Source of the DNA: Pseudoalteromonas translucida KMM 520
GTDB lineage: Bacteria; Pseudomonadota; Gammaproteobacteria; Enterobacterales; Alteromonadaceae
DNA: 32,000 nt
Direction: 5' to 3'
Assembly (NCBI RefSeq): GCF_001465295.1
Contig: NZ_CP011034.1
Location: 720,001 to 752,000, forward strand
The notes under the pieces were generated by a model. That model did not search any database and was not told the origin of the DNA. It saw nothing but the letters and a program-made list of their open reading frames with translations. A program made the translations under genes and the position numbers. Shown here one piece after another: positions 1-9,326 of the stretch; the stretch's first letter is position 1, and every line of letters begins with the position of its first letter.

Positions 1-1
1 T

Positions 2-937
2 ATTGGTGACGATCTTGCTGCGCAATTACGCGATGAGTTAGAGCTGGTTATAGGTGCATCAAATGAATTTGATTTAGAGCTGTTTTTAGCCGGCGAACTA
101 TCGCCAGTTTATTTTGGTACAGCACTAGGTAACTTTGGTGTAGACCACGTACTTGACGGTTTAACTAAATGGGCACCAACGCCATTACCACGTGAAACAG
201 AAGACCGCCAAGTAGTTGCCACTGAAGAGAACTTTACTGGCTTTGTATTTAAGATTCAGGCCAATATGGACCCGAAACACCGCGACCGAATTGCCTTTAT
301 GCGCATAGTGTCAGGTAAATACAGCCAAGGCATGAAAATGAATCATGTGCGCATTGGCAAGCAAGTAAGTATTTCTGATGCGGTTACGTTTATGGCTGGC
401 GATCGTGAGCGTGCAGGTGATGCATACGCTGGCGACATTATTGGTTTACATAACCACGGTACGATTCAAATAGGTGATACTTTCACCCAAGGTGAAAAGC
501 TTAAATTTAGCGGTATTCCTAACTTTGCACCGGAATTATTCCGCCGCATTCGTTTACGTGATCCGCTCAAACAAAAGCAGTTATTAAAAGGCTTAGTACA
601 ACTCTCAGAAGAGGGTGCTGTACAGGTATTTAGACCGCTAATAAACAATGATTTAATTGTAGGCGCAGTAGGTGTACTTCAGTTTGATGTGGTTGTAGCG
701 CGTTTAAAAGCTGAATATAACGTAGATGCAATTTACGAAGGTGTTAACGTAAATACAGCCCGCTGGGTAAGTAGCGACGACGTTAAAAAGTTTGAAGACT
801 TTAAGCGTAAATGTGAAAGCAACCTAGCCTTGGATGGCGGCGATAATTTAACTTACATAGCGCCAAGCCGTGTAAACCTTAATTTATCAGTAGAGCGCTA
901 CCCAGAAGTCACCTTTAGCCATACACGCGAAAACTAA
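2..937 (+). CDS. prfC: peptide chain release factor 3 (RF3), 5'-truncated at the window edge
   Basis: Frame 2 is open from nt 2. The translation ([16 protein letters not shown]...[27 protein letters not shown]...) matches the middle and C-terminal parts of RF3. ORF-track entry 266..937 is only the part after an internal Met. Confidence 0.93.
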   Translation: MGDDLAAQLRDELELVIGASNEFDLELFLAGELSPVYFGTALGNFGVDHVLDGLTKWAPTPLPRETEDRQVVATEENFTGFVFKIQANMDPKHRDRIAFMRIVSGKYSQGMKMNHVRIGKQVSISDAVTFMAGDRERAGDAYAGDIIGLHNHGTIQIGDTFTQGEKLKFSGIPNFAPELFRRIRLRDPLKQKQLLKGLVQLSEEGAVQVFRPLINNDLIVGAVGVLQFDVVVARLKAEYNVDAIYEGVNVNTARWVSSDDVKKFEDFKRKCESNLALDGGDNLTYIAPSRVNLNLSVERYPEVTFSHTREN

Positions 938-957
938 AGCCAGCTTAGTGAAATTTT

Positions 958-982
958 AAAAGCCTGCTTTGGCGGGCTTATT
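958..982 (+). terminator. weak hairpin after prfC (agcctgc-tttg-gcgggct, then tatt)
   Basis: 7-bp stem with one mismatch and a 4-nt loop. The following T-tract is poor. It lies 20 nt after the prfC stop and 12 nt before the argS start. Confidence 0.35.
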
Positions 983-993
983 AAGGTAAAAAT

Positions 994-2751
994 ATGAACA
1001 TTCGTACTATTTTAGTAGAAAAAGCCATTGCCGCTATGACAGCTGTAGGCTTACCAGCAGATACTAACCCAGCAGTTACACAAAGCACTCGTCCACAATT
1101 TGGTGACTACCAAATTAATGCTGCCATGGGCGCGGCTAAAAAAATGAAAAGCAACCCACGTGAGCTTGCACAAAAAATTATTGATAACTTAGATGTAAGC
1201 GACATTGCCGAAAAAACTGAAATTGCCGGCCCAGGGTTTATTAATATTCATTTAAAGCCTGAATTTTTAGCACAAAGCGTTAAAGCGGCGAACAGTGATG
1301 CAAAATTAGCGGTTAATGAACACGCTAACCCACAAAAAGTGGTTGTTGATTACTCATCGCCAAACCTTGCTAAAGAAATGCACGTAGGCCATTTACGCTC
1401 AACCATTATTGGTGATGCGATTGTGCGTGCGCTTGAATTTAGAGGCGACAGCGTTGTGCGTCAAAATCACATGGGTGATTGGGGTACACAATTTGGTATG
1501 TTGATTGCGCATTTAGAAGATCAAATTAGCCAAGGCGTAGATTTAGATACAGTAGCACTTGCCGATTTAGAAACCTTTTACCGCGATGCTAAAAAACGTT
1601 TTGACGATGAAGAAGGCTTTGCCGACAAAGCGCGTAATTATGTAGTTAAATTACAAGGCGGCGACGCGCATTGTGAAAAGCTATGGAAGCTATTTATTGC
1701 CACTTCAGTTAAGCATTCTGAAGAAGTATACAAACGCTTAAATGTAACGCTTACACAAGCTGATATTATGGCTGAAAGCGCATACAACGCTGAGCTAAAT
1801 GACATTATTAGTTTATTAAAAGATAAAAATATTGCCGTAGAGTCGCAAGGCGCACAAGTTGTATTTTTAGATGAACTAGCCAATAAAGATGGTGAACCAT
1901 CGGCGTTTATCGTACAAAAATCTGGCGGTGGCTTTTTATACGCAACTACAGATTTAGCCGCGTGTGATTACCGCTCAAATAAGTTAGGTGCCGATCGTAT
2001 CTTAATTTTTGTTGATGCGCGCCAAAGCCTGCACTTTAATCAAGTAGAGCTTACAGCGCGTAAAGCCGGCTTTTTACGCGATGAAACTAGCTACGAATTT
2101 TGCCCGTTTGGCACCATGATGGGCGCCGACAACAAACCATTTAAAACCCGTACCGGTGGCACAGTTAAACTTGCCGATTTACTCGAAGAGTCGATTAATC
2201 GCGCAGCAATAAAATTAGCAGAGCGTGAGTCTGATCTATCAGAGCAAGAGCGCAGCGAAATTGCCCGCAAAGTAGGTATTGGCGCAGTTAAATATGCCGA
2301 CCTTTCTAAGCACCGCACTAGTGATTATATTTTCAACTGGGACAGCATGCTAAGCTTTGAAGGCGCAACAGCACCTTACTTACAATACGCTTATACGCGT
2401 ATACGCAGTATTTTTCGTAAATTAGACGTTGATACTGAATCGCTTAATTTTCTTCTTCATGGTTTTGATGTCAGAATAGTTGAGCCGCAAGAAAAAGCAC
2501 TAGCGCTTAAGTTACTGCAGCTTGAAGAAGTACTTGATTTAATGATTGCTGAAGCCACACCGCACGTACTATGTGGTTACTTATATGAACTAGCAAGCTT
2601 ATACATGACCTTCTACGAAGCTTGCCCAGTACTTAAAGAAGGCGTAGAGCCAAGCGTACGTGACAGCCGTTTAGTGTTATGTAATTTGGTTTCTAAAACA
2701 CTAGAGACGGGATTGGACTTACTAGGCATTGAAGTCATGGAGCAAATGTAA
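994..2751 (+). CDS. argS: arginine--tRNA ligase
   Basis: 585 aa. It carries the class I HIGH-type motif ([10 protein letters not shown]) and a C-terminal anticodon-binding region ending ...[13 protein letters not shown], as in enteric ArgS. AAGG lies upstream of the ATG. Confidence 0.96.
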   Translation: MNIRTILVEKAIAAMTAVGLPADTNPAVTQSTRPQFGDYQINAAMGAAKKMKSNPRELAQKIIDNLDVSDIAEKTEIAGPGFINIHLKPEFLAQSVKAANSDAKLAVNEHANPQKVVVDYSSPNLAKEMHVGHLRSTIIGDAIVRALEFRGDSVVRQNHMGDWGTQFGMLIAHLEDQISQGVDLDTVALADLETFYRDAKKRFDDEEGFADKARNYVVKLQGGDAHCEKLWKLFIATSVKHSEEVYKRLNVTLTQADIMAESAYNAELNDIISLLKDKNIAVESQGAQVVFLDELANKDGEPSAFIVQKSGGGFLYATTDLAACDYRSNKLGADRILIFVDARQSLHFNQVELTARKAGFLRDETSYEFCPFGTMMGADNKPFKTRTGGTVKLADLLEESINRAAIKLAERESDLSEQERSEIARKVGIGAVKYADLSKHRTSDYIFNWDSMLSFEGATAPYLQYAYTRIRSIFRKLDVDTESLNFLLHGFDVRIVEPQEKALALKLLQLEEVLDLMIAEATPHVLCGYLYELASLYMTFYEACPVLKEGVEPSVRDSRLVLCNLVSKTLETGLDLLGIEVMEQM

Positions 2752-2752
2752 T

Positions 2753-2872
2753 CTGCTGCGTGTAGTTCGCTTTGACTGCGTTGTCGTGCTTTTTTAGCCT
2801 AAGTCACATACTAAATGTATGCTCCTTGGCATAAAAAAGCACTCCGTCTTGTCAGCACTCCTACACTTGCAG
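2753..2872. repeat. ~120-nt imperfect palindrome immediately after the argS stop
   Basis: Outer arms ctgc..gtgtag (2753-2765) pair with ctacac..gcag (2861-2872). Inner arms gtgctttttta (2786-2796) pair with ataaaaaagcac (2831-2842). The central small hairpin is catac-taaat-gtatg (2806-2820). Confidence 0.7.
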
Positions 2873-2973
2873 TTATCTGAGTTGGTAAAACTATTTAGCC
2901 TAAGTCACATACTAAATGTATGCTCCTTGGTATAAAAAAGCACTCCGTTTTGTCAGCACTCCTACACTTGCAG
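2793..2973. repeat. 80-bp direct repeat, two copies (2793-2872 and 2894-2973), period 101 bp
   Basis: The copies are tttagcctaagtcacatactaaatgtatgctccttgg[c/t]ataaaaaagcactccgt[c/t]ttgtcagcactcctacacttgcag. They match at 78/80 positions and both differences are C/T transitions. Confidence 0.9.
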
Positions 2974-2990
2974 ATGTAACGCTTTACACC

Positions 2991-3022
2991 GTAGGTTGGG
3001 TTGAGTGAAACGAAACCCAACG
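2991..3022 (+). repeat. REP-like element: GTAG head plus 8-bp perfect stem
   Basis: Sequence gtag-gttgggtt-gagtgaaacga-aacccaac. The stem is 2995-3002 / 3014-3021. The architecture matches a second element at 11851-11885. Confidence 0.6.
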
Positions 3023-3188
3023 ATACACCTGAGACTCTGTATTTATTGTTATCGCATAAACTTGAGACTCTGTATTTATTGCTATCGAATATACCTAAAG
3101 CTCGATGTTTATTGCTATCGCATACACTAAAAACTTTGTGTTTACCGGTATCGAATATACCTAAAGCTTGATGTTTGTTGTTACCAGC
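3023..3188. repeat. degenerate tandem repeat, 5 units of 33-34 bp
   Basis: Units start at 3023, 3056, 3089, 3122 and 3155 (atacacctgagactctgtatttattgttatcgc / ataaacttgagactctgtatttattgctatcga / atatacctaaagctcgatgtttattgctatcgc / ...). Units 1-2 resemble each other, and so do units 3 and 5. Confidence 0.85.
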
Positions 3189-3248
3189 ATCACTGTTTAA
3201 GCCCGTTACTTTAAGCTCTTTTCTAACGCTTTATTTAAAGGATTTATT

Positions 3249-3887
3249 ATGAAACTCGAAGATATCCGCCGTGAATACCTGCAAAACGCGTTAAGCGAAG
3301 ATAACTTGCTTGATGATCCGTTTAAACAGTTTGAAACCTGGCTTGAGCATGCGGTAGCAAGTAATTTACCCGATCCAACCGCTATGGTAGTGGCGACAGT
3401 GGATGATACCGGGCAGCCTTCGCAGCGCATTGTACTGCTTAAGCATTTAGATAATGATGGCTTTGTGTTTTTTACTAATACTGGTTCGCGCAAAGCGCAG
3501 GAGCTTAAAGGTAATAATAAAATATCGCTGCATTTTCCTTGGCACCCTATGGAACGCCAAGTAATTGTGTATGGCGAGGCTAGACCTTTACCTACCTCTG
3601 CGGTGGCTAAGTACTTTTTATCTCGCCCTAAAGAAAGCCAGCTAGCAGCCTGGGCATCAGCACAAAGTCGCCCAGTTTCATCACGTAAAGTGTTGATGGA
3701 AACCTTTGCCAATATGAAAAACAAGTTTGCTAAAGGTGAAATTCCTTTACCAGACTTTTGGGGTGGCTATTGTGTTGTACCGCAAAAAATTGAGTTTTGG
3801 CAGGGTGGGGCACACCGCCTGCACGACCGTTTTATGTATCAGCGCCAAGCAGACAACAGCTGGCAAGTTACTCGCTTAAATCCATAA
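3249..3887 (+). CDS. pdxH: pyridoxamine 5'-phosphate oxidase
   Basis: 212 aa. It has typical PdxH segments ([42 protein letters not shown]-terminal ...RLNP). AAGGA lies 6 nt upstream of the ATG. Confidence 0.95.
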   Translation: MKLEDIRREYLQNALSEDNLLDDPFKQFETWLEHAVASNLPDPTAMVVATVDDTGQPSQRIVLLKHLDNDGFVFFTNTGSRKAQELKGNNKISLHFPWHPMERQVIVYGEARPLPTSAVAKYFLSRPKESQLAAWASAQSRPVSSRKVLMETFANMKNKFAKGEIPLPDFWGGYCVVPQKIEFWQGGAHRLHDRFMYQRQADNSWQVTRLNP

Positions 3888-3929
3888 AGCTAATATATAA
3901 CTAATATAAAAATAGACGGGCAAGTAACA

Positions 3930-4697
3930 ATGCAATTTATTGACTCTCATTGCCACCTCGACTTTAGCGAGTTTGACTCAAACCGCGAGACACTCATTAA
4001 CGAGTGTGCAGCAAAGGGAGTTAAGCAGTTTGTGGTGCCCGGTATTAGTTTGGCCCAATCGTGTGCATTACTTGAATTTAAAACTAACTTTGCAGGCGTA
4101 AAAATAGCTGCAGGGCTGCATCCTTACTTTTTAAATCAACACCAAGAATCACACATAGAACAGCTGTTTACATTTGCTACAGCTAATAAAACCCAGCTGG
4201 TGGCAATTGGCGAATGCGGTCTAGATCGAAGTATTGAAAACCTCCCCAAACAAACCTTTTTATTTGAACAACAAATAGCACTGGCTAATCAGCTAGAGTT
4301 ACCGTTAATTGTGCATCATAGGCAAAGTCATGATTTAATTGCGCAGTCGTTTAAGCGTTGTAAGCCCAAATATGGTGGGGTAATTCATGCGTTTTCGGGG
4401 TCACTTCAACAAGCTCATTATTATATTAAGCAAGGTTTTAAGCTCGGTGTAGGCGGTGTTATTAGCTACCCGCGAGCGGTTAAAACGCGCGATGTAATTG
4501 CCAATATAAATACATCGCACCTAGTGCTTGAAACCGACTCGCCATCAATGCCGCTATGTGGTTATCAAGGGGAAATCAATACGCCGCTGCAAATAGTGCG
4601 GGTATTTGATGTATTGTGTGAGTTAAAGCCCAAACAACACAAAGAGCAACTAGCTACAGAGCTTTACGACTCATGCTGTGATGTTTTTTGTATATAA
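3930..4697 (+). CDS. yjjV: TatD-family metal-dependent hydrolase (YjjV-like)
   Basis: 255 aa. It has an N-terminal IDSHCHLDF motif and HAFSGSLQQAHYYIKQGFKLGVGGVISYPRAVKTRDVIA, which closely parallels E. coli YjjV as I recall it. Confidence 0.88.
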   Translation: MQFIDSHCHLDFSEFDSNRETLINECAAKGVKQFVVPGISLAQSCALLEFKTNFAGVKIAAGLHPYFLNQHQESHIEQLFTFATANKTQLVAIGECGLDRSIENLPKQTFLFEQQIALANQLELPLIVHHRQSHDLIAQSFKRCKPKYGGVIHAFSGSLQQAHYYIKQGFKLGVGGVISYPRAVKTRDVIANINTSHLVLETDSPSMPLCGYQGEINTPLQIVRVFDVLCELKPKQHKEQLATELYDSCCDVFCI

Positions 4698-5284
4698 CGA
4701 TTAACCTGCCATATTTTCAAGCCACGGCCAAATTGCCAAGTAAAAATACATACAATTACCAACATTAATAATACTTGGCGGCCTAAGTCATGAAAATGAT
4801 TGTGGCTAGATGTAACTGCCGCACGGGTTAAGTAAGTAATAGATACAAAACCAACGGGTCTGTCGTCGTCACTTACAACGGGTTCTATAAATGGTGTTTT
4901 AAGTTTGCTAACTCCAGGAGTTGATTCAGATAGCTGGCCGCTAATATGCAACGATTGCCAATTATCGCTACTGGCTATAAGTATGCCTTGCTGGTCGTAA
5001 ATTGTGGCTGAAAGTACAAATTCATCTTTGCTTATGTTGTTACATAGTGCATTAAGTTGCGGTTTGTTTTTTTCAATTAACGGGGTTTTAGCATTTAATG
5101 CCATAAATTTGGTAAGCGATTTTGCAGTACTATCAGCACTGTCATAAAGTAATTGATGGCTTTGAAAACTACTATTAATGCCCACCCAGCTCAGTAAAAC
5201 TAAGCAGGCAGTAGCAAGCAATAAACGCACTAAGCGTTTTTTTTGTGAGGCATTGATAGGGTTTTTAAGATGGTTATTTTTCAT
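4664..5284 (-). CDS. ytjB: AhpA/YtjB (Smp) family membrane protein
   Basis: The architecture is one N-terminal TM, a periplasmic domain and a C-terminal TM. It resembles E. coli Smp (IYDQQGILIASS, FIEPVV...GFVSITY) and is divergent from serB as in enterics. I prefer the MKNNH Met (5284) as start; the track ORF extends to 5311. Confidence 0.8.
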   Translation of the reverse strand: MKNNHLKNPINASQKKRLVRLLLATACLVLLSWVGINSSFQSHQLLYDSADSTAKSLTKFMALNAKTPLIEKNKPQLNALCNNISKDEFVLSATIYDQQGILIASSDNWQSLHISGQLSESTPGVSKLKTPFIEPVVSDDDRPVGFVSITYLTRAAVTSSHNHFHDLGRQVLLMLVIVCIFTWQFGRGLKIWQVNRYIQKTSQHES

Positions 5285-5457
5285 AGTCACCGTATATACT
5301 ACTGACAGCATTTTGATTTGATGTTACAAATGCTATACCCAAGTTGTTTGGGTATACTATAACCTTAAACCCCACCTGATGGCGAATTTAGCGCAAGTAA
5401 TATATTTAACATTTTGTAAGTAGCTATCAGGATAACAAAAACATTCACGGAGAACCC

Positions 5458-6486
5458 ATGTCGCAAACGAACATGGCACAGCCTGGTGCTGAGCAACCAT
5501 TAACGCAGTTAGTATTAAATAAATGGTTTAGCTATCAGGATGAGGTGTTTTTACCGTTAAAAAAACTACCTAATAAACACCAAGGCTTATTTAGTATTGC
5601 CTTTGCTGGCAATTTTACTGTAACCCATATTAAAGCCATTATAGATTTTTTTGCGAAGCATAATCAAACTGTTACAGGGCTCTGCCAGTATCAGCCTGAC
5701 TTAAGTTTGCCAGCGGCACTGTGTTTTTATATTAAGCAATCAGAGCAGCCGATTAACCCGTTAGTATTGCAACAATTTGCCAGCACACTTGATTTTCAGC
5801 TAGTGCAAATAGCTTGCCCACCCAACTTGTATGAGCCAGGTTTATTGGTAATGGATATGGATTCAACCGCTATTACTATTGAATGCATAGACGAAATTGC
5901 ACGCTTAGCTAACGTATACGATGAGGTTGCTTCGGTAACAGCACTGGCAATGGCTGGTAAGCTTGATTTTAGTGAGAGCCTAAATAAGCGCGTCGCTAAA
6001 CTCAGCGGAATTGAAAAAAGCTTAATAGATGAGTTAAAAAATAATTTACCCTTAATGCCTGGTATTAAAATGCTCTGCCAAATACTTAAACAGCATCAGT
6101 GGCACTTAGCCATTGCATCGGGTGGTTTTGTACCGTTTGCAGAGCAAGTACAAACGTTAATAAATTTAGATGAAGTACACGCTAATGTGCTTGAATTTAA
6201 AGACAATAAGCTCACAGGTAAAGTGTTGGGCACCATTGTAGATGCACAGCAAAAAGCCGTTATTTTAGAGTCATTACAGCAACAGTTGGGGTTAATAAAG
6301 TCGCAAACAGTGGCAATTGGCGATGGCGCTAACGATTTAAAAATGATGGCAGCAGCAGGACTAGGTGTAGCAGTACATGGTAAAGCAAAAGTGGTTGAGC
6401 AAGCCCAAGCAGCTATTTGCCAAGGCTCGTTATTACAATTGCTGTATATGCTAGCTATACCATTAAATAGTGAGGCTACTGTTTAA
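5458..6486 (+). CDS. serB: phosphoserine phosphatase
   Basis: 342 aa. It has the HAD motif I (VMDMDSTAI), motif III/IV (GDGANDLKMM), and an N-terminal regulatory-type extension. Confidence 0.93.
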   Translation: MSQTNMAQPGAEQPLTQLVLNKWFSYQDEVFLPLKKLPNKHQGLFSIAFAGNFTVTHIKAIIDFFAKHNQTVTGLCQYQPDLSLPAALCFYIKQSEQPINPLVLQQFASTLDFQLVQIACPPNLYEPGLLVMDMDSTAITIECIDEIARLANVYDEVASVTALAMAGKLDFSESLNKRVAKLSGIEKSLIDELKNNLPLMPGIKMLCQILKQHQWHLAIASGGFVPFAEQVQTLINLDEVHANVLEFKDNKLTGKVLGTIVDAQQKAVILESLQQQLGLIKSQTVAIGDGANDLKMMAAAGLGVAVHGKAKVVEQAQAAICQGSLLQLLYMLAIPLNSEATV

Positions 6487-8960
6487 CGCAGGCGGTTTAG
6501 CCAAAGCAATTTTCGGCGACCCATTTGGTCAACTTGTTGCTGTTCAAGTTTTAAATGGCTTAAGGCTTCTTCGGTGATATCGACGATATCACCGACGCCC
6601 GCTACAGACCATAATGCCTCTTCTAATTCCCTTGCTTTATGCAGCGCATATTGACTCACATATTTTAGTTCGTTAGATAAATAATCGGTATCGGGGCGTC
6701 CAGTACGTGATATATACAAGCGCATAACAAAAATAAGATTCGACTTTAAGCCTTTGCTTATTTGTTCCTGAAAATCATTATAATCCTCACCTGCTATGCA
6801 ATAACTGGTAATAGATTCTGAAATACTGCCCTTACGGGGATCAAAATTAATCACAAGTGTAAATGCGCTAGGAGGATCTTGGCGGCTAAGATCTTTTATC
6901 TGCGGGGTGATCACATTAATTATTTGCTCATCAGTAATAATGCTCGATAAATCGGTTTTATTACCCAACAAGCCAAAGTTTTGTAAAAGCACGTGTAGCG
7001 GGCTTGGGTATAGGCCAAAGCCAATGGCACCTGCTTTAAAGTGCGCTCCTTCTTTATGTAGATAAAGTGGAAACTGGCAAACGCTTTTAGTTACCATATT
7101 TCTAAGTGCAGTAGAGAGCCCAGGCACTTTAGGCGCTTCTTCAGACACTTTTAGTTTATCTTTATTACTGTTAATTAACTGCGTAAAAAACAGTACTCCA
7201 GCATGGGGTAGGTCGGCTACTCGGCTGGCTTTTAAATTAATAATAGTGAACGACTTATTTACAGCCATCACTTCGTACTTTAGCTCACTAAGCTGATATG
7301 TTTTGGTTATTTTTTGTAAATCAGGAAAAGCTAGTAAAACAATGTCGCCTTTTTTAAAGCTTACAGGTTGTTTGCATTCAAGCTGCAAGCCCATAACCGA
7401 AAAGTCGCGAGTAAGGCCATGTACTACTTCATCGTTTACGTTAATCGACACATTCGTTTTATATAAATAGCGCTTATCAGAGCGAAGGTTTACATACTCT
7501 AAAGGTACAATATCTAAATAAGGGGCAGACTTACTTTTACTATGGCCAAAATGCTTCAATTGATTAATCAAAGCTTTATCGTAATTTAATTGCTGATAGT
7601 GCTGCTGCTCAGTTTTATTACCAATCGCAGTTAGTACCACCATATACTTTACATTTTTAACTAACCCTTCTACCCGAGGCGAAGGAGGTTTATTCAGCTT
7701 TTCAATATTTTTACTTACAGTGTTTGGTAACGATAAAGGAATAAATGAGTCATCTGGATGGCTTGGCATAATTTGTATTTTAAAGCATTGCCAAGTGTCT
7801 TTTTGACTACCAAAAGCTAAAAATAAGTTTTTTAGCTGAGGGTTTTGTTCAAGTTCATTACGTGTTGCAGAATAATAATAAATTTTACCCGCTGAAATAT
7901 GAGTAAAGGTATATAAATAATCTTCTTTAACTGGAGTCTGTTTTAAAAGTAATGCATTAATACGTTGCTCATTAAGCACACTGTATAAACATGGAGTGTG
8001 GCGTTCATCGGTAAAGTAACGTTGAATAAAAATGTTGTTTTCGGTAGTTAGGCTTAAGCTAGGATAAAATACATTGTCTTTTTGACTTAAAAATACATAT
8101 AAAGAGGTGACGCGTGGAATATAGTATTGCTCGTACCCCTTAGAAACTACAGCATCAAGCGTATTATCAAGGTTTACTTTATAGCGACGTTTATTACCGT
8201 GGATAAAGCTTTCTAAAAAATTATCAAACGCTTCATTATTTTCAATAAAAGTGCGTTTTAAACGAATATGATTAAACTCTTTAGAAATATTTTCTATGGC
8301 GACAACTTCATACTGAATACCATTTTTTAAACCTAGCTCAAAGTCTTGCTCTAGGCCTACCAAACGCATGGCAATTAAATGCCCTTTTTTTAGTACATAG
8401 CGAGTGGCTAGTTTTATTTTACAACCACTGAGGGATATATCGGAAGTACTCGCAGCAATGCTTTTTTTGTCGTTGTATTCAACCGTCACTTTAATTGAAT
8501 AGTTCATTCGCTCTTCACGACGATTTTCATAAGAAGCAAATTTTATAACGCTTGTATTTAGGGAGTCATCGATGGCTTGAACTGCAACTTTTTCGGCGGC
8601 CTTGCGTTGTAACACCCGATGATTATTTTCGGTGTTCATCACAGCCTCATAAACGGCGAGGGTATAACCACCGTGTTGTTTTAGCGCAGCTTCAAATACT
8701 TCAATCGCTGTTTCATCCATGAAATGTTGTTTGCCATTGTGATCATAAGGCTTTACCTGCCCAGTCACTAAACCACGTAAATCAATAAAGCGCGCTATCG
8801 GCTGAGATAAACGTGTCATTTCCATTTTCATTAAAAACTGTTCAGGCTTTGTAAGCCCAGCTATTTTAGACTTAAAAATTAAATCGAATTTAGGGTTGCC
8901 TAAATAATGTTTTAATTCAGATATAAGATCTTCGTGCTTGAGCAGTATGTCTTCAGCCAT
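6483..8960 (-). CDS. large (825 aa) protein with two PilZ-type c-di-GMP-binding motif sets
   Basis: Set 1 is RREER (aa 147-151) plus DISLSG (aa 174-179). Set 2 is RSDKR (aa 493-497) plus DFSVMG (aa 519-524). Both fit the RxxxR...D/NxSxxG spacing of PilZ domains. I do not recognise the rest of the protein. Confidence 0.8.
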   Translation of the reverse strand: MAEDILLKHEDLISELKHYLGNPKFDLIFKSKIAGLTKPEQFLMKMEMTRLSQPIARFIDLRGLVTGQVKPYDHNGKQHFMDETAIEVFEAALKQHGGYTLAVYEAVMNTENNHRVLQRKAAEKVAVQAIDDSLNTSVIKFASYENRREERMNYSIKVTVEYNDKKSIAASTSDISLSGCKIKLATRYVLKKGHLIAMRLVGLEQDFELGLKNGIQYEVVAIENISKEFNHIRLKRTFIENNEAFDNFLESFIHGNKRRYKVNLDNTLDAVVSKGYEQYYIPRVTSLYVFLSQKDNVFYPSLSLTTENNIFIQRYFTDERHTPCLYSVLNEQRINALLLKQTPVKEDYLYTFTHISAGKIYYYSATRNELEQNPQLKNLFLAFGSQKDTWQCFKIQIMPSHPDDSFIPLSLPNTVSKNIEKLNKPPSPRVEGLVKNVKYMVVLTAIGNKTEQQHYQQLNYDKALINQLKHFGHSKSKSAPYLDIVPLEYVNLRSDKRYLYKTNVSINVNDEVVHGLTRDFSVMGLQLECKQPVSFKKGDIVLLAFPDLQKITKTYQLSELKYEVMAVNKSFTIINLKASRVADLPHAGVLFFTQLINSNKDKLKVSEEAPKVPGLSTALRNMVTKSVCQFPLYLHKEGAHFKAGAIGFGLYPSPLHVLLQNFGLLGNKTDLSSIITDEQIINVITPQIKDLSRQDPPSAFTLVINFDPRKGSISESITSYCIAGEDYNDFQEQISKGLKSNLIFVMRLYISRTGRPDTDYLSNELKYVSQYALHKARELEEALWSVAGVGDIVDITEEALSHLKLEQQQVDQMGRRKLLWLNRLR

Positions 8961-9326
8961 TTATAAAACCATCACCGTCTAATTAAAAAAGTAGGTATAC
9001 TATTAAATCCATTTACTAGAAAACTCAATAAATGTCGTATCGTGTTATTGTTGTTAATATAGGTACGATTATTCGAGTAACTACAGTTTAGCGTTTGTTA
9101 TTATGTGTTAAATACCAATTTATTGGCAAGTTACTTTAAACTATTATTAAAGCAATAAGTATGCCCTAAAGTATAGTAAAAAAGAAAACAGCATTTATAG
9201 ATAATAATAGTAGCGCTAAATTTTCTCATTGGCATGACTCATTGTTAGACGAAAGTTTAAAATGGTAAAATAAGCACTTAAACATTAAGTATTTTAAAAA
9301 TTAAAGAATAGTAGGTAAAGTTATAA

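Noticed and set aside
2814-3003. Small peptides encoded in the 80-bp repeats (MYAPWHKKALRLVSTPTLAVI and a 30-aa variant), and a minus-strand AAGGAG...ATG-TGA start-stop ORF.
   Set aside because: The + strand ATGs have no SD. Both differences between the copies are non-synonymous and the C-termini diverge. The start-stop has a 12-nt spacing and could easily arise by chance inside a palindrome.
3023-3188. The 33-bp tandem array as a CRISPR array or as LexA/SOS boxes (ctgtatttattg).
   Set aside because: The units abut with no unique spacers and no cas genes are present. CTGT is not followed by ACAG at the 8-nt SOS spacing.
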